Shown here piece by piece: positions 11,760-21,502 of a stretch of DNA of 21,502 bases. Source of the DNA: Ginkgo biloba (Eukaryota; Plantae; Ginkgophyta). The translations under genes were made by a program, and so were the position numbers. Within the stretch, counting starts at the first letter, position 1. Each line of letters starts with the position of its first letter. The stretch covers positions 270,006,979 to 270,028,480 of the forward strand of contig JANKJI020000002.1 in the NCBI GenBank assembly GCA_024626585.2, in the 5' to 3' direction. Under the pieces are notes generated by a model. It was given only the letters and a program-made list of their open reading frames with translations, was not told the DNA's origin and searched no databases.

Positions 11760-12160
11760 CACATACTCCATGCTTTAATGGAGTTTAGAGTTTTTTCATA
11801 TTTGGATACATAATCCTTAACACTCTCTTTATTGCCCTTGTTTATGGTAGAAAGCTCCTTGATGAGAATTATTGTAGTATTTTCTTGTAGGAACTTAGGT
11901 ATGAAGTACTGCATTAGAGTATCCCATTTAGTAATGGATCTATTGGGCGATGATTAGTACCATATTAATGCTCCAGCTTCAAAGTAGTATATGAATAGCC
12001 TCACTATTATATTCCTAGTTATTATGTTGAAGTTTTCACACATAGTAGAAAAATTATCCAAGTGCTTCTCTTTAGTGGGGGAATTATCCCCTATGAATTT
12101 GGGGCATGCATCGCATGCTTTGTTAAGAATATCATCAAGTTTCTATCCTAGGTTAAGGGG
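11760..12160 (-). pseudogene. Degenerate retrotransposon gag (Retrotrans_gag-like) of non-chromovirus Tat/Ogre/Athila type
   Basis: Minus-strand translation with a frameshift: CPKFIGDNSPTKEKHLDNFSTMCENFNI...IVRLF / WY*SSPNRSITKWDTLMQYFIPKF...LIKELSTINKGNKESVKDY. This fits the PKF.GD...HL..F, RLF, WY..LP..SI..W and ESV gag pattern and differs from the CRM-type gags nearby. Confidence 0.72.
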
Positions 12161-12562
12161 ACAGCTTGTTCGCTAGGGCATAGAGGCTTTCATTTGAGAA
12201 AATAGATTTAGAAGAGGGGTGGAAGGAGGAGGATATGTGAATTTAGAGGGGAGATAATGAACCTTTACAAGTGAATGGGATCTAAGTAAGGGAGGTGATG
12301 TAAATTATTGAGCGTTAGGCCCAATTACTATTGAAGGACTAAGACTAAGAGCCTTAGCCTCAAATGAGTCGATGTCAAAAATTTCTAGGGTATATGGTAT
12401 CCTTTGAATTATCGACTATATTTTATTTCTATCTCAAGGAGACCTTTGGAATGGTTGTATCACACCTTGATCCCTCTACGATCATGATTATGGACTCGTT
12501 ATTATTATACCACTAGTGTGCACCCATTCTTTGACTGATGAGCAACTTAAGGAATTTAGGAC

Positions 12563-12914
12563 TCCCTAGTATGGTAACAAATTTTGTTCATGTCCTCTTT
12601 TAGTACTTGGTGTGTGGAAGTGGATAAGTCTTTATTATTGTAACTCAGTGAGAAAAATACCAAAATAAAATAATAGTAAGGAGTCATAGGACTCTCCAAC
12701 TTATGAGCGATGGTTCCCTTATTTATAAATAATAGAAGAAATATGAGAATAACTAGAAATTATTTACACTAAGTACATAGTTGTGATAAAAAAAAGGGGT
12801 ATGGATTCATTCTAGGTGATCTATGTAAAAATTTAGAAAGATTAATAAATTACATGATAAAATAAAAAAGGATCTCTACTAAGATCAATATGTCGATAGG
12901 GCCATACCTTTTGA
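12563..12914 (-). mobile_element. Possible PBS (about 12563-12579) and 3' part of the 5' LTR (from 12585 into the gap) of the Tat/Athila-like element
   Basis: Minus strand ...CATGAACA AAATT TGTTACCATACTAGGGA resembles a decayed LTR end plus a TGGCGCCGTTGCCGGGGA-type PBS, positioned upstream of the gag. The match is weak. Confidence 0.35.
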
Positions 12915-13099
12915 NNNNNNNNNNNNNNNNNNNNNNNNNNNNNNNNNNNNNNNNNNNNNNNNNNNNNNNNNNNNNNNNNNNNNNNNNNNNNNNNNNNNNN
13001 NNNNNNNNNNNNNNCTCAAAGTTGTTTCCCACCCACTTTGGGCATAGAGCCACTCCAAGTGGCTATGGTTGGGGGACAGTTGATTGAACCGGTCTACAT

Positions 13100-14150
13100 C
13101 TCTCATCTCGGTTTGTCTTTGTCTCTTTATAGGAACTTGAATGTTCAGTGGCCTTCTATAACACAATTATAACAGATTATTAGTCTTCTCAGCACATTAT
13201 ACCCACTTCTAATTCCTCTATCTCTATGATGGACAAACTCAGTCTAACCTCTCGTTCACTAAACCATGACTTCTCCTCTTGTCCTTATCAATGTATCACA
13301 TTGGTAAGATTTTGTTATTTCACTCCTTGAGAGTCTCTCTTCATCTCACATAATGATTCTTCCTCCACTTCTGGACTGAGGAATCTACTCCCCTTGCCAT
13401 GGGTCTTTTTTTTATGCTTTTGGATAATTTCTTCTCATCCTTCAGCATCAACTGTTATGTCTCCTCCACCATTTTCATCTAGTGCATAGAGATCTCATCT
13501 TGAATGTAGAAGTTCAAAACATTCACATATCTTTTTTTCATCTACTCTTCTTCTTCATCAAGTCCACTCCTAATATATAGCTTATAGAATTCATTAGTGT
13601 ACCCTTGTACGATTTTGTGCCTTTGTCTTAGATTTTAGAGCTCCTAAAACACTCTCTATTTTTTATCTAGGGGTAGGAGTTTTCCCTTTAGCTTTTCCAC
13701 CATCTTAGTCCACTTTTAAATCTTCTCCTTGTCCTTCTACATCCTCTCCTTTTTTAAATGCTCCCACCATAGAGATATGTGTCCCTTCACCTTACTACAT
13801 TCATATTTCACTCTCCTAAGGTCTTCTATCTCCTTCGAGTTAAAGTATTTCTCTATAACTCCTACCCAAGCCAGTAAATATTTTGGCTTGAAGTTACTTC
13901 CAAATATTATAACTTTCATCTTCTCTCTTCCTTTCTTATCATTTAGTAACTCTTCCAATAACGCATCCAAGTCCTCTAGCCTCTATTCTTATCATTCTTC
14001 TACTTCTTCCTCTAGTTTTAACTTATGGTCACCTACAGGTCTACCTATTATCTACTCATTCTATAGCTCTTCCATTTTCCTCCTTAAGGATTCAATTTCC
14101 ATTCTATTTATGGTTCTACCTCCATATTTGGATACTCTTGATGCCATCCT
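13100..14150 (-). pseudogene. Second decayed CRM-like gag
   Basis: LLAWVGVIEKYF...KVKGHISLWWEHLKKER (ORF 13737-13970), then NLRQ...YTNEFYKLYIRSGLDE...IQDEIS, and zinc knuckle CYNCVIEGH at 13148-13174. It is clearly homologous at nucleotide level to 10540-10882. Confidence 0.85.
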
Positions 14151-14348
14151 TCAACTCATTACTACACTCAATAATTTTCTTTAACCTTCTTCAACTCTCC
14201 TCAAGAACTCCTCGACTAAATCAACTCTAGGTTGTCCTCACCACAATTGTCCATGAATTCCTTAGCTCTATCTATCTCCTTAGACACTCCTTAGTGCCTC
14301 TTATAGCCTCCTTACTATTTCATCTTCAAAATCTTAATGGCAATCCCC

Positions 14349-14408
14349 AACCTAGGATCTGATAGCATATTATGCAACACCATCTAATATCAAATTGCTT
14401 TAGCACCA
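14349..14408 (-). promoter_or_regulatory. Primer-binding-site region (tRNA-iMet-like), degenerate and apparently repeated
   Basis: TGGTGCTAAAGC (14408-14397) lies 2 nt after the LTR end. TGCTATCAGATCCTAGGTT (14367-14349) resembles canonical TGGTATCAGAGCCAGGTT. Confidence 0.6.
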
Positions 14409-14410
14409 AA

Positions 14411-15379
14411 TGATGTAGTGGAAATGGGGGGGGGAGATAATTCCAATGTCCATTTTGAGTAGGTTGGGTATCTTGGTCAGGCCCAAAATGCTATTGTGTG
14501 TGTGCATATCGATGTGGTAACACAACTACAAACATGAAAAATCAAGAAAAATAACCAATAAAAATTCAAAAACTTTAAAACATAAGATGTATTTAATTAA
14601 TATCTCCCAAAGGTTTCATAGATAAATCACAAGATGTTACAAATACAAACATCATTTCTCCTTCTAATGAGGATTTAACATATTTTTAGGGTGATTTCAT
14701 GCTCTACCTTGGATGGCGATCTTCCTCTCTTTGATACACCCTTTATTAGTGTCTATGTTTCTTCTTTTCTCATCACCCACCTTATTCTCTCTACCTCNNN
14801 NNNNNNNNNNNNNNNNNNNNNNNNNNNNNNNNNNNNNNNNNNNNNNATTACCTACTTATTCTCCCACTTATTTTTCGTCTTCCCCTTCTAGAATGCTTTC
14901 CTCCTCCTAGAAGGTTCCTTCCTAGTGCCAAAATATATCACTTCAAGACTAGGTGGGTGAAACATTAAGGGAATCCATTAATTTCCTATTAGTAGGTTCT
15001 CACCTACTATCCATTAATTCCTTGGGTTCAAACCTTTTCACTCATTGACGTGATCTCTATCCNNNNNNNNNNNNNNNNNNNNNNNNNNNNNNNNNNNNNN
15101 NNNNNNNNNNNNNNNNNNNNNNNNNNNNNNNNNNNNNNNNNNNNNNNNNNNNNNNNNNNNNNNNNNNNNNNNNNNNNNNNNNNNNNNNNNNNNNNNNNNN
15201 NNNNNNNNNNNNNNNNNNNNNNNNNNNNNNNNNNNNNNNNNNNNNNNNNNNNTCTCTCCCCATTCATTGACTATTTTCAATGGTCCCTTATCATTGATCC
15301 TCTATTATTGCACTTCATTTGTTAGTGTTGGCTCCTTAAAAGTGTGACAAAACCAAAATTTGGCGATGCTCCTACATCA
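14411..15379 (-). mobile_element. 5' LTR of a CRM-like element (about 970 bp including gaps)
   Basis: Perfect 8-bp terminal inverted repeats TGATGTAG...CTACATCA (TGATG/CATCA termini are characteristic of CRM-clade elements). PBS-like motifs and gag follow on the minus strand. One end is homologous to the LTR remnant at 6467-6535. Confidence 0.82.
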
Positions 15380-17434
15380 ACTAACAAATGAATAAATGTG
15401 CAAGTTGACTTATCTAAATACCTTAGAGATAAAATTAAGATTTAGTGTACCCCTAGACTCTTTAAGCAAAAAGTAGTTTACATAAATATTCTAATTACTT
15501 ATATTGGGTTCCTTAATGTGAACCATGATATAAATAGTTTCCCTTTGATGAAGGAATACCCACATAAAATAGAATCTATAATTAATCCCCTTGACAACAA
15601 TCAAGAGGAGTATATTTCAACAAAAACTAAAAAAAACACTTAAGAGGAGGACAAAGGCACCTCTTTAATGATAGTCAATAATAAAAAATGGCTCATTAAA
15701 ACATGTTATTTCAAGGTAGCTTAGTTCTCCTCCTCCTCTCTTTTCTAAGGGTATTTTCACACTTGGTTCTTAAGAAAATAATGTAGCTTCATATGATTCA
15801 TCTCATATTTTAAGTAGAAGGATAATTATTAACTTTGATTTTGTAGTGTAAATAAGTCAATAATCTTAATATCATCCATAAAATTGGTCTAAAAATCAAA
15901 TATGTTTGAATGCTAATTATAGGGCCAAAATTACCACTAGGTTCCAAGGGACAAGTCCCCTTAGCAAGTTCATAAAGGAAAAAAACCTAGTGAGGGCAGT
16001 CGTATGGCCAATTTTCACTCCACTTTAAACTCTTGAAATCCTATTCTTTTTACTAAGGAAAATCAAGTTGAAAGAAATTATAAAATGTCTAACAAAATTA
16101 TAAAAGTATGGAAAACTTGCAAAAAATGTAATGTCTTAACACCAACTTAAATAAAAAGCATAATTTCAAATGATTTTTCCATTACCATGATGAAATATCA
16201 ATTAGAACTCTAGACTACTTGGGAATCTCTCTATAATAAGGTTTTAGAATCTAACAATAAAATAATAAAGTATTTCTTTTGTAAGATGGATAATTTAGTC
16301 AATGCTCATCAAAACTTAAAGTTGCACTTGAGGAAGTGATATCTTGTGTCAAAGTCTAGACAACAACCTAACAACAATACTTTCGCAATAATATTAGATG
16401 AAAATACTTGCTTCGTTAAGATAAATAACACAAGAATATATAATACTAATGTGAGAATAAGATTCCACAATAAAATTGATAATAATTAAGATTCTAATTC
16501 ACCATAAGAAGGTACAATCAATATTATACTATCACATAATGACGAGGAACAGTCATCTCTAAGAATGTAGAAGGGGGGAAGCACTCTGCTTTCCAAAGCA
16601 GAAGGAGGAGTACTATGCTCCTAGAAAGTGTAGAAAACTTCTATGGGTAGAATACTTAAAANNNNNNNNNNNNNNNNNNNNNNNNNNNNNNNNNNNNNNN
16701 NNNNNNNNNNNNNNNNNNNNNNNNNNNNNNNNNNNNNNNNNNNNNNNNNNNNNNNNNNNNNCCTATTGTGAAAATAATAGAGAATATTTTTTTATTGTCC
16801 AATATTTCTTGTGAGGCTTGAGGCTTGAATCTTTGCTTTGAATCTTGTCCATAATATGGAAAGAATGTGCATTGATCTAGTAGTCCAATCATATTATTGT
16901 ATAGGGGATCCTTTTGGGTATTGTGTAGGTATTAGAAACTTCAATAAGTTAGTATAGATTGTTTTCTCAAGCCACGTACGAAGGTGCATGCTTTCAAAAA
17001 GTTTTTTGGCTTCTGGGATTCGTACCTTACTTTTATGGTGAATACCACAGGATTTTGATGCACTTACATGGTAAAGATATTTTTACCATAGAATGGACAT
17101 GCTTACACATGGTATTGAATATTTTAGTAGTAAAGAGGATAGAGAGATCGTACAAAGAGGAAAAGGAGTTAGTTTTCACTAAACATAAGAGAATACAAAT
17201 AGTTACAACATATGAGTACTCCCTTAGTTTAATATAAAATTATTTTCGATTTAAGTGAAGGTCATTCCTTTATCCTCCTACCAAGTGGATACATCACCAA
17301 ATAAGACACTTTTTCAAAAAACTATATCGATTGATCTAGTGTATCTAAATATGAAAAAAATTCTATAGAATTATGTCTTCAATAATGCTGAATTGAACAA
17401 ACTTTAGCCACACTTCCTTAGGAGCATGAACTTT

Positions 17435-17446
17435 GCTCTAATACCA
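17435..17446 (-). promoter_or_regulatory. tRNA-iMet primer binding site
   Basis: TGGTATTAGAGC (11/12 to TGGTATCAGAGC), 2 nt after the LTR end ...CACTACA. Confidence 0.8.
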
Positions 17447-17448
17447 CT

Positions 17449-17883
17449 TGTAGTGATCCTAATGGGTTCCACTACCAAATGATATAAAATGTATATTAAA
17501 AGAAGAATAAATTAAATACATACATAATTTATCCAATATTCACATAAAAAATCCATAATGTAGCAATATAGAACTCAATAATATCAATGGGGTTTACCTA
17601 AACCCAAGGAATCATAAAGGGACTCACTTGAGTCTAGGATATCAAAAAGTAGAAATATGTAGAAGTAGGATATAGATAAAATTTGAATTTTATGTTAAAA
17701 TTGAATCTTGGATTCCTTTATATACTCAAAATGGGCTTCATTAGGCTTAAATCTAGCCTACCTTCTAGTTTAGTAACTTTTTGCAAAACTAACCTACTAA
17801 ATGTCTCTTGACTAAGCAACTTAAGTAATCATAATTTTATCATAATTATACATAATAATTAATAATGGTTTGGAGACACAACA
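17449..17883 (-). mobile_element. 435-bp LTR of a chromovirus-type (Reina/Tekay/IFG-like) gypsy element
   Basis: Termini TGTAGTG...CACAACA (inverted repeat, 1 mismatch). A PBS lies on one side and a PPT-like tract on the other. Internal TATA-like TATATAAAGG on the minus strand at about 17715-17724. Confidence 0.72.
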
Positions 17884-17935
17884 TACCATATCCCATTAAG
17901 ATGCTTCACCCTCGAAGCATAGTTCTCTAAGGTTT
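17884..17935 (-). mobile_element. 3' end of a gypsy internal region with a degenerate PPT
   Basis: Minus strand AAC CTT AGA GAA CTA TGC TTC GAG GGT GAA GCA TCT TAA TGGGATATGGTA|TGTTGTG resembles the typical chromovirus pol end (LED/FED-K motif), then purine tract, then TGT junction. Confidence 0.5.
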
Positions 17936-19460
17936 NNNNNNNNNNNNNNNNNNNNNNNNNNNNNNNNNNNNNNNNNNNNNNNNNNNNNNNNNNNNNNNNN
18001 NNNNNNNNNNNNNNNNNNNNNNNNNNNNNNNNNNNNNNNNNNNNNNNNNNNNNNNNNNNNNNNNNNNNNNNNNNNNNNNNNNNNNNNNNNNNNNNNNNNN
18101 NNNNNNNNNNNNNNNNNNNNNNNNNNNNNNNNNNNNNNNNNNNNNNNNNNNNNNNNNNNNNNNNNNNNNNNNNNNNNNNNNNNNNNNNNNNNNNNNNNNN
18201 NNNNNNNNNNNNNNNNNNNNNNNNNNNNNNNNNNNNNNNNNNNNNNNNNNNNNNNNNNNNNNNNNNNNNNNNNNNNNNNNNNNNNNNNNNNNNNNNNNNN
18301 NNNNNNNNNNNNNNNNNNNNNNNNNNNNNNNNNNNNNNNNNNNNNNNNNNNNNNNNNNNNNNNNNNNNNNNNNNNNNNNNNNNNNNNNNNNNNNNNNNNN
18401 NNNNNNNNNNNNNNNNNNNNNNNNNNNNNNNNNNNNNNNNNNNNNNNNNNNNNNNNNNNNNNNNNNNNNNNNNNNNNNNNNNNNNNNNNNNNNNNNNNNN
18501 NNNNNNNNNNNNNNNNNNNNNNNNNNNNNNNNNNNNNNNNNNNNNNNNNNNNNNNNNNNNNNNNNNNNNNNNNNNNNNNNNNNNNNNNNNNNNNNNNNNN
18601 NNNNNNNNNNNNNNNNNNNNNNNNNNNNNNNNNNNNNNNNNNNNNNNNNNNNNNNNNNNNNNNNNNNNNNNNNNNNNNNNNNNNNNNNNNNNNNNNNNNN
18701 NNNNNNNNNNNNNNNNNNNNNNNNNNNNNNNNNNNNNNNNNNNNNNNNNNNNNNNNNNNNNNNNNNNNNNNNNNNNNNNNNNNNNNNNNNNNNNNNNNNN
18801 NNNNNNNNNNNNNNNNNNNNNNNNNNNNNNNNNNNNNNNNNNAGAAAAATAAAACTAGAATATTCTTTTTAAAAATAATATTCTAAAATTTAAAAAAGAG
18901 TCTATTCCTTATTAAATTTGTAAGTTTATTTTAAGAATAAAGAGTATATTATAGTGTAATAAGAAAAAGTATAAAAACACACCATTAAATGTCGAACATA
19001 TATTATACCCATCTTTATTAGGACCCTAAAGATAGAAAAAACTAAGAGATGCTTCACTAAGATGATATGAATGAGATGGAAGCATATATATACGAGAAAA
19101 TAATACATTTATCAAAGGAATTTCCTTGGTCAATTTTAGTGCTAAGGCATGTGAAGAAATGTAATAAATAGGGATGAATACCATACTCACTTTGACTATT
19201 TTTATAAGGAAGTAAGTTGTAAAAATAAATCACCTTTACATAGTGTTGATCGCATTTTTATGTACTTGTATGAGGTTGAATGGCATTAGGTCGCCCTCTC
19301 TGGTTCGCAACAGATTATTTGTAGGGTTTAAGGATGTTGTAGGGGGTTTCTAGAGGTCACAGTGTATAGAGGGGGGCATCACAGGTTTTCTTCCCCATGC
19401 CCTTCATTCTTTTCCCGCGCCCCACTTTTTCCTAAAAATTTTCTAAGTGTAAAAAGCAAG

Positions 19461-21125
19461 TGGGGAGGCCCCCAAATCCCCGTGAGGACCAAGTCCATGA
19501 GATACTACCACATGGTAGGATCTCAAGGCCTCACTCCTCATAGGAGGCAAGGGCCTCCACTAAAAAATGAGATATATGAAAAGATTACAGGGGGCTCATC
19601 CCCCGCTATGGCACCACGCGGTGCCATCGTAGGGCCCCCACAGCCCACAATAAAATATAAAAGGGAAGTGGGGAGGCCCCAAACCTCCGCGAGGACCAAG
19701 TCCTCCAGATCCTACCATGTGGAAGGATCCCAAGTCCTCACTCCTTGTAGTAGATAAGGGGCTCTACCAAAGGATCCAAAAGTTCATTGGCGACTCATCC
19801 CCTATGATGGCACCATATGGTGCCATCACGGGGTCCCTGATGCCAGACCACAAATGGAAGGAGAAAGGAGACATCCCTCCCCCTCATGAGGAGTGGGCTC
19901 TAGAGATCATACCATATGGTAGGATCTCAAGGCTCCATCCCTCACGAGGCTGAGGGCCCTCCTGATTACAAAGTAAATGGCTACATGGGGGATTAACCCC
20001 CATGATGGTGCCATTGCAGGTAGCCCGACCCCAAATGGAAGGGAAAAGGGAAGGACCTCCCCCTTGTGAGGAGTGGGCTCTCAAGATCCTACCACGTGGT
20101 GGTATCTCAGGGCTCNNNNNNNNNNNNNNNNNNNNNNNNNNNNNNNNNNNNNNNNNNNNNNNNNNNNNNNNNNNNNNNNNNNNNNNNNNNNNNNNNNNNN
20201 NNNNNNNNNNNNNNNGTATAAAAGGTCAGAAATATCGCGAGGGGCTTACCCCCTGCGATGGCGTCACACAGCACCATCGCAAGGCCTTCACGGCCCGTAA
20301 CAAAATGAAAAGGGAGTGGGAAGGACCAAGTCTATGAGATCCTTCCATGTGGTAGGATCCTGGGACCTCAATCCTTGTAGGAGGCGAAGGCCTCCATAAA
20401 AAATAAGTGAAATGGCCCTAGGGGCTTAGTCCCCATAGCCTGGGCCCAAATAGAAGGTGAAATAGGAGGTCCCTCCCCCTCATGAGGAGCGGGTTCCCAT
20501 GATCCTGCCATGTGGTGGGATCTCAGGGCACCACCCCTCATGATGGTGAGGGCCCTTCTAGGTACAAATCAAAAGGTTATCAGGGGACTTGTGCCCTGCG
20601 ATGGTGCCATGCGATGCCATCGTGGGGCCCCTATGGCCCTTACCTAATTAAAAGAAAAAGGGGAGGCCTCTCCCCCTCGCAAGAAGTGGGGTCCTGAGAT
20701 CCCATCATGTGGTAGGATCTTAGGGCCTTGCTCCGTCGTGAGGGTGAGGGCCCTCCCAAAATATAGGCAAAAGGCCCCGGGGGGATTATCCCTTGTGATG
20801 GTGCCATCATGGGGCCCCTTAGGCCTCGACTCAATTAAAAGGAAGTGGGGAGGCCTCTCCCCCTCACGAGGAGTGGGATCCTAATATCCTTTCACATGGA
20901 GAGATCTTGAGGTATTTCCCCTCGCGAGGGTGAGGGCCCTCCTAGGTGGAAAATAGGAAGGCCATAGGGGGCTCAACCCTTGTGGTGGTTCCATACAATG
21001 TCATCGTGGGGCCCCCGTGGCTTGCGATTGTAGCAAGAAAATTTTATGGCCCCATGGCCCCTAAATCAAAATGAAAAATGAAAAGGGTGCGTGATGGCAT
21101 CATGCGACACCATCGTGCAACCCCT
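19461..21125. repeat. GC-rich tandem array of at least 8 composite units (~150-210 bp), each with a ~95-bp palindrome and a ~50-65-bp palindrome separated by A-rich linkers
   Basis: Unit starts at about 19461, 19669, 19867, 20048, 20317, 20465, 20660 and 20846. Palindrome A core is GAGATCCTACCA(C/T)(G/A)TGGTAGGATCTC. Palindrome B core is GATGGCACCA...GGTGCCATC (perfect 24-mer tgatggcaccatatggtgccatca at 19805-19828). Confidence 0.9.
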
Positions 21126-21502
21126 CCTTGTGGTGCCCAATCCTATAGGAAAAAATAGAGAGGAAAATTACCCCCATGAGCCTGAGCTTATGAGGGGATG
21201 AATGCATCAATACAGATTCACTAACAAAGCCTTAAGAACCCTTAACACTCAGTTATAAACTCCCCAATAGTGGCATAAATCTGCGATAAATCCTGAAAAC
21301 ACTTAAAGTTGACACAACAGGGATTTTTTGTGCATTAAAAGAGACATTATGACAATTGCGGTTATGTTGCATTTCATCAATGTGCCGTAAGAGTCGGTGG
21401 AAGGGAGGGAGATATTTTTCTATTTTGGAGGAGATAGATTAAGAAGGATTATCAGAGTAAAACAAAAAGGGAGGAAGAGAGTTGGTTTTTATTTTTTGTC
21501 TT

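Noticed and set aside
10846-15325. ORFs made mostly of X residues
   Set aside because: Artefacts of translating through N gaps.
6380-15379. One intact full-length LTR element bounded by the 6.5-kb and 15.3-kb LTR matches
   Set aside because: The interval holds two CRM-like gags plus an unrelated gag. The LTR match covers only about 50-70 bp with an indel, and no TSD can be seen.
15380-17434. Solo LTR ending in ...gttacaaca at about 17210
   Set aside because: No matching TG start with a TSD could be found, and the region is interrupted by an unknown-size gap.
19362-20834. Short ORFs within the GC-rich array as protein-coding genes
   Set aside because: They are by-products of high GC and repetition. 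Frames are not preserved between units and no domain is recognisable.
19461-21125. CRISPR-like array (palindromic repeats plus spacers)
   Set aside because: Plant nuclear context with no cas genes. Repeats are 50-95 bp and degenerate, and the linkers are similar A-rich tracts rather than unique spacers.

Overview
Eukaryotic, AT-rich, heavily gapped land-plant genomic DNA. A large TE-rich genome such as a gymnosperm is plausible, but that is inference only. There is one intact host gene: a minus-strand class-B GATA transcription factor (CDS 5932-5540 + 5446-4979, 93-nt intron, about 286 aa). It has a C-X2-C-X18-C-X2-C finger, a C-terminal LLM motif and a degenerate N-terminal HAN-like motif. 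Upstream of it is a stack of decayed minus-strand Ty3/gypsy elements: a CRM-like gag-pol with PPT and 3'-LTR remnant (about 6.4-10.9 kb), a Tat/Athila-type gag with a ~142-bp tandem repeat (11.2-12.9 kb), a second CRM-like gag with PBS motifs and a TGATG...CATCA LTR (13.1-15.4 kb), and a 435-bp LTR flanked by both a PBS and a PPT (17.4-17.9 kb). The most unusual structure is a GC-rich array at about 19.46-21.1 kb. It has at least 8 units of ~150-210 bp, each made of two different long palindromes separated by A-rich linkers, with two unit subtypes and nested hairpins. Many N-runs are exactly 100 nt (unknown-size gaps), so distances and adjacencies across them are uncertain.
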